A DNA stretch of 64,000 nt, taken from Felis catus. Lineage: Eukaryota. The notes under the pieces are model-generated. The model made no database searches. It was not told the DNA's origin and saw nothing but the letters and a program-made list of their open reading frames with translations. The stretch is from contig NC_058368.1 in NCBI RefSeq assembly GCF_018350175.1, forward strand, positions 200,758,001 through 200,822,000, in the 5' to 3' direction. Of the stretch, positions 11,600-24,458 are shown piece by piece (positions within the stretch are counted from its first letter, which is position 1; the number at the start of each line of letters is the position of its first letter). A program made the translations under genes and the position numbers.

Positions 11600-12670
11600 T
11601 GCCTGGGACAGAAGGAAAAGGTAGGTAACTGTCTGCGAGCTAACTGAGAACTTCAATGTCTCCCACAGGAGGAGCCAGTGGGGAGTTTGTATTTTTGGCC
11701 ATGAATCCACGGCTTTCATTTTAAGTTTCAGGGTGCGTCATGCAGTTGAACACTGATTGAATGGGGGCACTGGAGGCTCCAGGGATCAAGCTGTGACATT
11801 TTTCTGAGCCTGAAGGCTGCTCACGGTTATTACCGCACAGGCCTCGCCGACTGCTACTTCAGGGGACACGGGGAGAAGGAGGTTGTGCTTCCGAGTGTGG
11901 GTGGTCGAATAAACTCTTTTAGCAGCAGCAGTTGGTCTATTTAGGCTGAAAAAGAGACCACCAGCAGCCCCCAAAGTGCTAAAAAAATTACAATCAATTT
12001 TAAAAATATATATTATATTACATAAAAGACTGTAAGAGTGAGTGCTGAGCATTGCTCTACAGAAATACCAGCTGCTAAATGAGGCAGCCAAACGGGATTT
12101 ATCCTGTAACCCAGAGAATGTCCACATCTTCCACCACTCTACCTTTTTCTGGGGGGGGGGGGGGGAGGAGGAGAAAAAAAATATCTAAACAAAACAAGAA
12201 ATAACAGCAGGAAGCAAGAAAACACAAGCACGGTTAGAGAAAATGTACCAAAGGGAACTACCGTAATATAGTCGTCTTGGTGTTTATCTTTGGGTTGTGA
12301 GTGGTTTACGGTTTAATTTTAAAGGAGGTGTTAAGGTTTATCTATGGACCATACATTTAGTTGGTGATTAGGGACCAACTTACTTCTTCAAATTCATTAA
12401 GGATGTTGGTTGTCAGTACTTTTTTAAATATTGGTGTTAACTCAGTTTGAAAGATTGTCTCAAAGCTTTAAAAGCCATAAACCGTGTCACTTGACTTAAT
12501 TCTGCATTTAATATAAGAAATTCTTGACTCGTAGAATTTTTCTAATTGCTAATTTATATTCTTATGTAATGCATAAAAGGCACTTCAACCGTCATATTAA
12601 ATAAAGCAATCACGTTTTATTCCAACAATCAGAAGTTCAAAGGTCAGGTTAATTTGCATGGAATATATAC
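11600..12670. promoter_or_regulatory. Repeat-free, CpG-retaining block; candidate alternative promoter, enhancer or exon
   Basis: Locally raised GC and CpG content without repeat similarity; G14 run; DR1 AGTTCAAAGGTCA at 12634-12646 and octamer ATTTGCAT at 12652-12659. Confidence 0.35.
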
Positions 12671-13904
12671 ATCCGTGGATTGGCTACTGACATCTTAACT
12701 TCAAATACACAAAATAAAATCCATTCCACACTTTGTGGTTCTCATCAGACCTCAACTTGAAAGTGTAGTGTGTGAGATAAATAACCTCTCTAGGATTATC
12801 ATTGAGAAAAATTTCCACATCTTGAAGAACTCAGGGACACACCCTGTGTCAGAATTCTTTCAGTCGTGGGAAACAAGGAATCTCATTGTACTTTTAAACA
12901 ACTTTCCTTATTAGAACATATATACTTAAACTGGATTATGTTTTAGTCTCTCCTGGAAGTATGCTCCTTTAGGAACCCATACCTGAGGCACAAAAGGAGT
13001 GAGAACCTCATGTAAAAGAAATGCCATGATTAGAAAATGGCAGCCACAAGATTTTCCTCATCGGGCTTCTGTCTTCACTCAAGCCTTGTCCTTTCTCTCC
13101 CTACTCCAACTTTGAGATATTCCCCATTTCTATGAGACCTCCCAATTAATTATAATGAAATCATTCTGATTTTAGCCCCTCAGTGTCTTGCTTTCCAGGT
13201 TTCTATCTATGACTTTATTTCCTGTTCATCACTTTTTCATCCTTCTTGATACGAAGTACTGGGACTCTCAGCCTTCATAGGGTAAACACATCTCCAGAGA
13301 ACCTTCAGGCTTTCCCTCCCTCCCTCATAGGCCTACTAAGTAAGGTGTAACTTGACACTTTGAGGACCTCTTTTCCTGATTCTGATCCTAGGAGCTAAGA
13401 GACTAGAAAGATGCTGACCTTAGGATCTTCTCTTCTTAGGATTCTGATCCTAGGAGCCTAGTATCTAATTCTTTAATTCTTCCATTTGGAGTCATACAAA
13501 AAAATATATAATTCATCTTCCATTTGACATTCCTTTATGGTTTTAAAGCTAGCTCTCCTCTGCCTCTCTTCACCAAGAGAATTGACCCGGATTCCTTCAG
13601 TGTTTTCTTAAGTTTTTCTCACACAATGAATCTTAGAATGATTATACTCTAGCAAATGAGATTACTCTTTTCTTTCATCTCAACACTAGTGTTCTACCTA
13701 AAATTTTATTTACTATTTCAGAAGTCAAATTACACCAAGGAACTGAAAATAAACTAAAATTGCTAAGCTATTTTCAGAGACACTTTCATTAAGTTTATAT
13801 ATACCTCATCCTATAACCCTACAGTTACCTTGAGTTTTTTTTTAAACACATCTCTGCAGATGTACCTATATTATTGTGACCCCCACATTGAAAAATCCAG
13901 ATTT

Positions 13905-14124
13905 AAAAAAAAATTTTTTTTCAACGTTTATTTATTTTTAGTACAGAGAGAGACAGAGCATGAATGGGAGAGGGGCAGAGAGAGAGGGAGACACAGAATT
14001 GGAAATAGGCTCCAGGCTCTGAGCCATCAGCCCAGAGCCCGGCGCGGGGCTCGAACTCACGGACCGCGAGATTGTGACTTGGCTGAAGTCGGATGCTTAA
14101 CCGACTGCGCCACCCAGGCGCCCC
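13905..14124 (-). mobile_element. Young felid Can-SINE (SINEC_Fc type)
   Basis: CpG-rich and near-consensus; TSD aaaaatccagattt at 13891-13904 and 14126-14139. Confidence 0.97.
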
Positions 14125-14782
14125 AAAAAATCCAGATTTTTAAAACTGTTTAAACTTGTGGTCGCTTATTCAATATATTGACTATATCTCCAGTAGCATT
14201 CAAAATTTGGAAAATGTGACATGTATACCTTATAAATTTCCAATCAAGATTCATAAATATTTATTAAGTACATGTTATATGTACTTATAATACATTTAAA
14301 TGCAGAAGACTCATTTCCTGGCTAGAGAGATTTTATAAGTCTATAAACTCCTTGAGAGAGGGGCCAAGTATGGCCAACTCACCACTTTGATACTCAGCAT
14401 CAGCCTTGGGTCTGATTCATATCAAATCCATAATGTCCTATGATTTAGTGAGTGGAGTTGAGGAGGAAGCAGGAATTATGAACAACTAATATAACACTCT
14501 ATGACAAATGCCAATCTAATGTCTATAAAAAATTATGACCAAGGACACAATTACCAAGTCCATAGCTTGCTACTAGAACTGTCCCTCTACATCTAATTTA
14601 CTTTAGTTGAACATTTCTAGCAAATTACATTTCATTTGAAAGGTCCACCAAAATATCAAGCGCCCTGGTGATCTCAAGATGCACTGCGTCCGAAACACTA
14701 TTTAAAACAAATTCTTGATATTTCAATTTAAACTACTTTTAAAAATAAAACTTTCATCAGCTGGTTCATGCTGAGCACCTGA

Positions 14783-14985
14783 GCTACCTGGGTAGCTCAG
14801 CTGGTTATGCATCTGACTCTTGATTTTGGCTCAGGTTATGATATCAAGGTTCATGGGTTTGAGCCCCATGTCAGGCTCTGCGCTGACAGTGCCCATCCTG
14901 CTTGGGATTCTCTTATTCCCTCTCTCTCTCTGTCCTTCCCCCATTTGTGCTCTCTCTCTCTCTCTCTCTCAAATAAATAAATAGA
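14783..14985 (+). mobile_element. Can-SINE (older), rearranged 5' end
   Basis: cctgggtagctcag head, (CT)n tract and AAAT tail. Confidence 0.9.
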
Positions 14986-15124
14986 ATTTTGATTTTTTTA
15001 AACATCACCTAAATATCCTCCTTTTATAGCCTACCTAGTGAAGGTTTTGTAGAACGAAAGCAGTGAAGAGAGAGTTTCTTTAATTGTAACTGTGAGTTGA
15101 CAGTGAACTCAAGAATGAATGCAG

Positions 15125-15215
15125 TATGGGAGTGTTGAGTCATTGTATCGTACAACTGGAACTCATATTACACTGTATGTTAACTAACTGGAACTTGAAT
15201 AGAAACGTAAAAAAA
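15125..15215 (+). mobile_element. Very short 5'-truncated carnivore L1 3' end
   Basis: tatgggagtgttgagtcattgtatcgtacaactggaactcatattacactgtatgttaactaactgg followed by an A-tail; TSD aagaatgaatgcag at 15111-15124, with the right copy carrying extra GAAT units. Confidence 0.85.
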
Positions 15216-17311
15216 AAGAATGAATGAATGAATGCAGAGCCGTGTTGAGTAGGAAGCCAAAAGGAGAAGTTGAATTGAGGACAAAACCAGAAGTAGTTTT
15301 AAATATCTGATGTCTATATGAGGCTCTTCATGCTTAAATAGCTCTTTCAAGGCATGCTAGAAAAAATGTGACCTACTCTATGGAAACCGTCCTGGCTTCT
15401 AAATGATCATTCATTTGATTTATAAATTCTTGCGATTCAAGAATTTTATCAGAGATTAATTTCAAGCCACTCTTTATGAGTTTCCAATCAATCTACCTAC
15501 TTTTTTGGTAAAACAGGGCAACATCTGCCAGTTACAGATTTTATTATAAATCTTTTCTATAGGATTTTCTAAAGATGGTCTTTAGTATCTTTGGGTCTAT
15601 AATATATACTTCTTTGGGTTTCTAATATGCATTTTTTTTTCTTAATCAGAGTACTGAGCTATTTTACAAAAAATTTAAAGCTAACAATGACATCATTTTA
15701 AAATACAATAACATATCTAATTCTGAAATTACCATGTAGTTTATTTTATAGTCTGCCGAATTTTTAAACAGACCTTTGAAGACATTGTCTATTTATAGAT
15801 TCATCTTGTGTCAGATAATTTGTAATGCACGGAACTTAATTAGTATATAACTGATAAATGTTGAGACAGTCTCAGGAACTATTGCGGGGGTTTTCTAATC
15901 TCCTTTTAAATAGTAGATCCCTTTGCTTAATGGAAATCTTACATATTTTAAGCATTTTAAACAACAGCAACAATAATAAAAATAATAAGCATATTAAAGT
16001 ACATGTGATTGAATTGGGTGGGATTTAGAATAGAAAATTTCAATCCATCCAAAGGTGTTAAGTTCATATTGTCTCCATAGTTCTAAAACAGATCTAACAA
16101 AACTCCTGTATAAGACTTCGGTTAAATACAAAGCTTTGGTCAAGGAAGAGCGGCTTTACTATTTACTGTCTCTGGGTTTGTTAACCATTGTTTGTGTCTT
16201 CTTGACCATGAGATTTCATAGGTCACTCAGGTGAAAGTGACCTCTCTACAGACTAGTGTCAGAACACCTAGAAAGCATTCAGTAGTATTCTCCAAAACCA
16301 CTTGATGATTCAATGACAGCCATTTTATTGTGTTGACCCCTTACCACATAGAGAATAGACTCATTCAGATGTCAAGTGCATGCTGACAAAGGCCAGCTTA
16401 GTTGTGAGTGGTTGTGCTTTAAACCGCTTTAAACAGATTTATCCCTCTGTCACATGTGAATGTTTAAGCATTTTTGAATGAGTATTATAAAAAGAGCTAT
16501 TGTAACAGAATTTTAATCCGATAAAGTTTATTTTTGTTTCAAGGTTGATCTAAGTAGCCAATATTTTTTTATTAAATGCAAAAGGCAATGTTTTGAATTG
16601 ATAGCATTTCTCATTTTCAAGATGACTATGTGATCATATAGAATAAAGTAATATGGCACTAGCCATATCACACAGCAATTCAGTTCCTTTCAGAGATTAG
16701 TTTTTAAGAAAGAACATTTATTGTTGCTCTTTATTTAGTACATCACATAATTTACTAGAAAAAAATAGTTGTGTTATTTTATCTTTGCGAATCAGAGATT
16801 TAGAAGAGTTCCTCAGACAATGAATTATGAAGAGAGGTTCATAAATCAAAAATAATTATGTGAGTTTAAAGGTGAGATAATTTTTTTTATGTTTGAATAG
16901 TTTAGATGTATTCTTTATAAAAGAAAGAAAACTTGATAAACTAGAGAATAATCAAGATGTCTTACTGACAATTCAGGTCTTGCGTATTTTTTTCTCAGCT
17001 ATTTTACTTATAATTAGAAAAATTGATGCTTAGTTTGAAATTAGAGTCATTTTCCCAAAGCTATCTTTCCCTTTTTCAATTAGTATACTGACTACTACTA
17101 CTACTAATGTATTTCCTGAATAATGTATTTCTCTCTAATTTGTAGGGATTCTTTGCAGTGGTGGTTTATTTCTATAGCTGGACAAATTCGTCTCTCTAAT
17201 TTGATTCTTCTGGGCACCATCCAGGTAAACTTGTGTCTGTTGTTTATTTCTATAGGTTCACTTATTTTTCTGTGCTTCATCTGTGTCTTCATATAAAAAT
17301 TACATGTAATA

Positions 17312-17511
17312 AGAGCGCCAGGGTGGCTTAGTCATTGAAGAGTCTGACTTTGGTTCAAGTCATGATCTCGTGGTTTGTGGGTTCTAGCTATATTGGGCTC
17401 AGAGTCTGGAGTCTCCTTCGGATTCTGTGTCTCCCTCTCTCTCTGCCCCTCCCTTGCTCATGCTCTGTCTCTCTCTATCTCTCAAAAATAAATAAATGTT
17501 AAAAATATTTT
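17312..17511 (+). mobile_element. Can-SINE
   Basis: TSD aattacatgtaata at 17298-17311 and 17512-17525. Confidence 0.95.
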
Positions 17512-17949
17512 AATTACATGTAATAGTAAGATTATTTTATTTCTGACATTTGCTAGTAAGATTTGTGATGAAATAACTGGAAATCCCCCATATCTTTCTC
17601 ATAAAATCTACACTATCTGGAAAGTATTTAATCTTATTTTCATTTTCAGTTCAATGTCACATAAAGCTCAAAGTATAACCACCCTTTGTCTCCTTCTCCT
17701 CCACTGCTAAGTGCTGTTTTAATGTTTCTTGAGCATTACTAAGCACTAGAGAGTTAGAGTCATAGGATATCTCTCTGTATTAAATGAAAACATTAAATTG
17801 TTAATGTGTCACCTGGCTCACATTATAGTTTTATGATAATGTATAAGAATAAGAGATAATGATCTTTTGGGGAGAGGTGGTGATGCTGCTTAAAATGTAA
17901 AGCACATTCATTGGCCAACAGATATACACTGAGGCTATAGAGCTTAGTT

Positions 17950-18175
17950 ATTATCCAGCTGTCCTGGGTTCTAATTCCATTTCTGCCTTCCATTTAGCTG
18001 TATTACTTTTGGTAAATTACTTATATTGTCTGTACCAAATTTTCCTCATCCCCCAAAAGAGGATAATGGTGACACTTCTCTCCAAGGTGTTGTGGTGAGG
18101 ATTAAATATAAACAATATGGTCATAACCATGATTGGAACTTGGTAAGTGCTATACATGTATTTGCTATTATTATT
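17950..18175 (+). mobile_element. MIR SINE
   Basis: cctgggttctaattcc...tttcctcatc...gttgtggtgaggattaaat...tggtaagtgc...gctattattatt. Confidence 0.8.
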
Positions 18176-18426
18176 TTTAAATATTATTCAAAATGAATTG
18201 GTCTTAGAGTTTTTTGGCTATTTCCAAAAGTCATTCAAACTGAATTATTTAAAATAATTTTTAAAAATGTTTCTCAAGTGGAAACTTGAAGCCCATGTAG
18301 TCAGTCAATGAATGGTAGGAAGGGAAGAATAAGATCTAGTTATTTTCTAATGAGGAAGGAATAAAAAGAGATTGGGGGCAGAGTGAATAGGGTTTAAGGC
18401 AATTTAGCTACTTTCTTATAATAATT

Positions 18427-18604
18427 CATAGGTCAGGAAATTTTTTTTATAAAGGGCCAAATAGTCATTTTTTTTAGGCTTTGCAAATTATAAGGTGTCT
18501 GTCCCGTGTGCACAATTCTGCCCTTAAAGTGAGAAAGCTGCCATTGACAATACATAAATGAATGAGCAAGGCTGTGTTTCCAAAAAACTTTATTTGCAAA
18601 AACA
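18427..18604 (-). mobile_element. MER58A-like hAT-Charlie MITE (opposite orientation to 9479-9683)
   Basis: taaagggccaaatag...gccattgacaatacataaatgaatgagcaaggctgtgtttccaaaaaactttatttgcaaaaaca. Confidence 0.85.
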
Positions 18605-21600
18605 TGAGAGGTCACTGAGTATACACAAACAGGAATGGAGAATTTTTCTCTAATCAACTGTCCTTTATCGCAGTGTTTTGAATACCAGCAGGCAAGTGTT
18701 CTTGGGCATTTCCAGGTTAGAAGAATCAAGCAAGTAATCAAAAGTGACAAAGCATCCTTCAAAAGAAATCAGTTACAAACACAACTGATAAGCATGTATC
18801 AGATCCTTGAAAAAAATATCAGGCATACACAAAGATTATCTTCTATAACTCATCAGAGTTTAGTAATGATAGTATGGTAATTCAAGATTAAATTCTCTTA
18901 CAAAAGTGAAAGAATCTGACACAACTTCATTAAATATCCAAATAATTTGATTCAGTGATTATACATATAATTCAGTAAACTCTTAAGTATCCTATTATGT
19001 GCTATACTTACTATATAACCAATTTGTCTGTATGTATGTAAGTTTCAAATGTAGTTTGCAAAAGTGTAAACTTACTCTTGTATTCCCTTTTTATCTTCCT
19101 GTTTTCTTTCTTTATATATAATACATTCAGCATCTTAGATGCCCCTTTGACAATAATTAGAATACTTTTATATAGATTATAGCTTAAATATAACATATGT
19201 TCTTTATATAATAATCTTACCCCATATACTTTGTTCTACTCTATCTATCTCTTACAATCTGAAATTAGCCACATGATTCAGGATAACAAATACTCCATCT
19301 AGCATCAAGGATTTTAGAGAAAATCAATGGAACTAAACTAGCTACATTAGATATGATGAGTAAAATGTTTTAAGAACCTATAACATTTCTTTCCATGAAC
19401 ACAACACAAGTGATTATGATCTGGCCTACTTTTATCTTCCTGAGTGCAGCAGAAGCATTCAACAAAGCAGAGCTTCCCTCACATTAATGGTGAAATGTTC
19501 ACATAACATCACATGAAAAAGGGCCAAGAAGACATTTTATTCTTGGAGGAAGAGACAAATATGTGAAGGCCAATTTTATTTCTTAAGCTACATGTTATGT
19601 GTGGTATTATTACTACTATTAAGCATTTATTGAATGCCAACAGCATGGGTACTCAGAGCACCTCTTCAGTGCTGATGGAAGCATTTTGTTATGGAAAAAT
19701 AACCTCTGCTTAATGCAGGTTATTTATAGTGTTCTACTTGACAAAAAAAAAAAAAAAAAGTATCTCAAAGGTCTCTCATAGCACATATGTTGCTAATGAA
19801 TGTCCTGCAGGATAAAATCAACCCAAGTGTAATACCAGTAAGATACATTCAATGGCTACATCTTATCTATTGTTTTCTTTCATAGCACATCTCAGTTTCC
19901 TTAATCATTTCTTCTCTTGTATGTATGTGCACACACACTCCGTTTCTCTGGGTCTCTCTGTCACTCTTTCTCTCACACTTTCCCTCTCTTCCTTAGTCTC
20001 CATCTTTCATGTATTATTTCTGAGTTGCTCTAAAGGAATCCTTAAGCCTTATGCTCATCTATACTAACTTTTCTCATGCTCTTCTTTGAGGTCACAAATT
20101 TGGCAATACAGAAAGAAAAATGTGATTAATGTGGTGTTAGCTGTCCAAAAGATGCATGTCTATTGACCCAATTCCAAGTGAATAACCATCCTTTTAGTTG
20201 AGTATGCAGCAGAGGAGTCATTGAAAATAGTATAGTATTTACAAAATACACTTTTAGAACTTTGTATTTTTATACTATTGTTCTTCGCATTATTATAGAA
20301 CTACAAATATTTTGGCATAGCACAACGAATCTTCAGTTGTAATTTTTAGGTCAGAATGACAATTTTATTACTCAAAGTGGTGACTGTGCACGTTAGAAAC
20401 TAAGACCGAGATCTACTTGACTTACATAGGCCACCATATATCCCAGTTGCGATCATGTTAGATGCTGTTGTTTTCTTCAAACATACATTGCGAGAATTAT
20501 TTTTACGTTAGCATCCTTTAACCTAACAATCCTGGCAATATTCAAACTTTACTTTCATTTTTCCCTTTGACCTTGAAGCTCCATTTTAAACTCCTCATCT
20601 GTGTGAACCCTATCAACCCCTCAGTCAGTGACAGAACTGTCACAGAATTCACCAGAGCTGATCTCTTTTCTCTCGGGAGACAGCTGCTCACTTCTTACAG
20701 TGAGCAGACAGTTGCCCCAAGCACTGACAACTAGAAAACTTGCTTCTAATGTGGTTACAAATCTTGATCCAGCTGGTGACTCCTTTTCAACAATGGAGGT
20801 TACTATGAGCCCCATGGTAGCACTTAGAGTTGAAACCATGCTCAACAGTGTTTTAGGCTCCATATGCTGGCCCTTTAACCCCTATTCTGGGCCCAGCCCT
20901 GGCCCTCAAGCATATGCCTATTACCAAGTGTTGTGCACAGCCCTGGGTACGTTTATCTCTTTGTCTCTCAATCTGTCTCATATATACCGAAGCAGACAGT
21001 AAAAATAACGATTTCATTCATGTTATCATTCTGACAAAAGTTTTGAACATTTCTAAGTTATTCAGTTGCGGTTAAGATGCACAGGGTTTTAGGCTCTAGT
21101 TTACCTTGTTTCATGCTGGAAATAGCATATCAAATCCCAATTCTCTTGTTACATTTCAAGGAATTTGTTTACTACATCATTCAGCATAAACACGTTAACT
21201 GCTAAGAAAATGAGTGGCAAGCGAAAGCATCATAATGCAATTAAAGTTATAACAAGTTTTTCATATTGGAAAATAAACAATGTTTGTCTTTTGTAAGACA
21301 TGAATAAAAAGTTAACAAGCTTAAAGCAGCTTTATCAAGTTGACCTTCATTAAAAAAGTAATTGATTCATTCACATATATATTTCCTGCCTTCCATTTTT
21401 TATTCCATGATTCCTCAAAATTACAATGCTTTATAATTTTTTTGAAAAACAAAGTATTTTCTTAGCTGCATTTTTTAGTGTAAGTAAGAGAATTATGTAA
21501 CTGATTGGAATGGGTTTTATTTTATGTTTATCTGGAAACTATAACTACTAGCAAAGGACACTAAAGATGTGCCATATGTTCACTGGAATTAAAAATGAGG

Positions 21601-22934
21601 GTTTTCCTTTCATACAAGCATTTGAGTGAGTCTGAAATGAGAGTCATTTGAAAATTTGTTTTATACTTCAAAATAACACAAAAAGAAGATGAACTACATA
21701 AATGAATAATGTTTTTAGTTCATCAGGCAAATAATTTGGGGGGTCAGAAATATTATCAAAGCTTAGTCATAATTATGCATTTTTTTCTTTAGATGATTCA
21801 TAAGTATTAAATGTCTTATAAATAAAAGCTGTCAAATATATATACACACAAACATATCAAAAGAAATACCATGCTAATTTAATTTTCACTTTCAATATAC
21901 AGATTGAGGAAAAGAATGAAAATGAGTTTAATTATAACTCTCAAAGCATTTGAAAAGAACAAACTAACTGAAATCTCTGCCTATGTATGTAATGGAAATG
22001 AGGGAAAGCAGTGAATGAGGAACAACAACAACAAAAAGCTTTTAATGTTATCACAGCAGACAGTGCTTCAGCAAAAACAATATAATTTTTATTATCATTA
22101 CAAATTTTCACTTTGTGTTTTTCTCCCTTTTACATTCCTATACCGAGAAATTGTATGTGTTCTACTGTAGCAAGGGAAAAAAAGTACCACTACAGTGTGT
22201 TTAAGACAGGTGCTGTCTGCAGCATTTATATAAACACATTAGCACTTCTTTGACACAGCATGACCTGGACAAGTTGTTCATCCTACTGGTAGTAGAGAAA
22301 TAATAAGAGATGTGTCAGAGCCAAGTTCATTCAGACATAGCAAAATTAAGAACAGATTATGAGAATGCTTGCCACTGGTAATTAATCCTGAAAACTGCTG
22401 GAGGAGTTGCCCCACTGGGAAAGATATTGGCAGAATTATTTACTGCTAATAGACCTTGTTTAAGTTTTTACCCCTTGTTAGAGATAAAACTTAATAGATT
22501 ACTAGATAATTAGTATAGAACTTCATAGTTTCCTGTCTGGTAGTTGATGACATCGCAGACTGTTCTGGTTTTTTGGACTTCAACTCTACTGCTGAGTCTT
22601 GCCATCTATTGTTTCAGTAGAAAAGTTAAGAACTGCAAACTGGCTTCCTGAAATAACATTTCCATTTTATGTATTGACTTTTTTAAAAAATTGAAATATA
22701 GTTGACTATAGTTGCCAACTTCTTGTGTGTTGGTTTGTTTTGCTTTGTTTTGTTTTGTTTACATTTTATCTTGCTGGAATTCACAAATCCTTGATGTGTC
22801 AGTGAATTTTGAAATTTGATTTCGTTGAATGAAGTTTCATTGAGTGAAGTTCTGAAATACAAATGATAGAACAACCATTTTTAATTATTAAGATACTGAT
22901 GTCACAATATTTTGGCATTTGCTACTAATGTAAA

Positions 22935-23230
22935 TATATGTACATATATGTATATATAGATAAGTTCATATATATATACATACATATATATGTGAAATAT
23001 ATGTGTACTCATATATATAATTATATATGTAATATATGTAATTATGTCTTTTAAATTTTAAAGGGTAAATCAGGTTGATGAATGCCATTAATAATTTGAA
23101 GCAATATATTTTGCAATATTATATCTAATATGTAGTTTCTAATTAACTATATTAACATATTAACATTTATAGTTAACTATAATAACTATATTAACATATA
23201 TAGTTAATATATAACTATATTAACATATAC
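22935..23230. repeat. TA-rich low-complexity region and small minisatellite (aactatattaacatat units)
   Basis: Direct reading. Confidence 0.8.
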
Positions 23231-23248
23231 AAAGAGATAGAGTTTTCT

Positions 23249-23450
23249 GGGCTCCTGGGTGGCTCGGTCGGTTAAGCTTCCAGCTTCTGCTTGGGTCATG
23301 ATCTCATGGTTCCTGAGTTCAAGCCCCACATGGGGCTCTCTGCTGTCAGCACAGAGTCCACTTCAGATCCTCTGTCCCCTTCTCTCTCTGCCCCTCCCCT
23401 CTCTCCTCTCTCTCTCTCAAAAAATAAATAAACTTAAGAAAAGTTTTAAA
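23249..23450 (+). mobile_element. Can-SINE (first of a tandem pair)
   Basis: Head gggctcctgggtggctcgg; flanked by tagagttttc and tagagcttc. Confidence 0.93.
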
Positions 23451-23463
23451 AAGGTAGAGCTTC

Positions 23464-23695
23464 GGGGCACCTGGGTGGCTTAGTCAGTTGAGCATCTGAC
23501 TTCGGCTCAGGTCATGATCTCACAGTTCGTGAGTTGAAGCCCCATGTCAGGCTCTGTGTTGACAGCTCAGAGTCTGAAGGCTGCTTCAGATTCTGTGTCT
23601 CCCTCTATCTCTGTCCTTCCCCTGCTCATGCCCTGTCTCTCTCTCTTTCTCTCTCTCTCTCTCTCAAAAAAAATAAATAAAAATTAAAAAAATTT
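23464..23695 (+). mobile_element. Can-SINE (second of a tandem pair)
   Basis: TSD aaaa(g)gtagagcttc at 23449-23463 and 23696-23709. Confidence 0.95.
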
Positions 23696-24233
23696 AAAAG
23701 TAGAGCTTCCTTTGTTTTTATTTTTGATTAGAGAACTAACATGACATGCTTAGAAAATTTTTTGTTAGCCTATGTATTTAAATATTTCAAAAACACTTTT
23801 AATTTTTATATTGTAGAATGGATATTTCTAACAATATCGTTTTTCTGTATCTGACTATTTTCTTTGGATAAATTCTTAAAAGTGGTTTTAAGAATTGTCA
23901 GATTATAAGGACAAGGGATATCTTTTGTGGCTTCTAATGCATATTCTTAAATTAACACAGCTTGTCTCCTTCAGTGCTTGGACATTTTGTATGTAGAAAA
24001 TAGTTATCTTATGTTGCATTTCACATTTATTGTTAATAGTAAGAATGAATATTGGTCTATATGTTATTGCCATGTGTATTTCTCTTTTGTTATGTGTTCT
24101 TTAACTACTCTGTACAGGGGGTTAGAGATTTCTATCCAATTTGTAGGAACTTGTTTTATATTAAGATATTGACCTCATTGAATATCAGATTCTTTTTCTT
24201 TGTCCATTGTAATTTTAAGAATATTCTCCTTCA

Positions 24234-24458
24234 AGGGGCGCCTGGGTGGCTCAGTCGGTTAAGCGTCCGACTTCGGCTCAGGTCACGATCTCCCGGTCTG
24301 TGAGTTCGAGCCCCGGGTCGGGCTCTGGGCTGATGGCTCAGAACCTGGAGCCTGCTTCCGATTCTGTGTCTCCCTCTCTCTCTGCCCCTCCCCCGTTCAT
24401 GCTCTGTCTCTCTCTGTCCCAAAAATAAATAAATGTTAAAAAAAAATTAAAAAAAAAA
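24234..24458 (+). mobile_element. Young felid Can-SINE
   Basis: 17-bp TSD aagaatattctccttca at 24217-24233 and 24459-24475. Confidence 0.97.

Noticed and set aside
13830..14153. Recurrent 60-126 aa ORFs such as ...ETEHERGRGRERGRHRIG... and MAQSVKRPTSAQV... (also at 24231, 31863, 39049, 39763 and 50213)
   Set aside because: These are translations of Can-SINE copies, not a gene family.
20628..21002. 124-aa ORF with an overlapping antisense 80-aa ORF and a GTGACAG-AA-CTGTCAC palindrome
   Set aside because: GTG start, no recognisable domain and no convincing splice context; compatible with chance.
23140..23230. CRISPR-like repeat-spacer array (aactatattaacatat units)
   Set aside because: AT-only slippage minisatellite with non-unique spacers in eukaryotic DNA; no cas genes.
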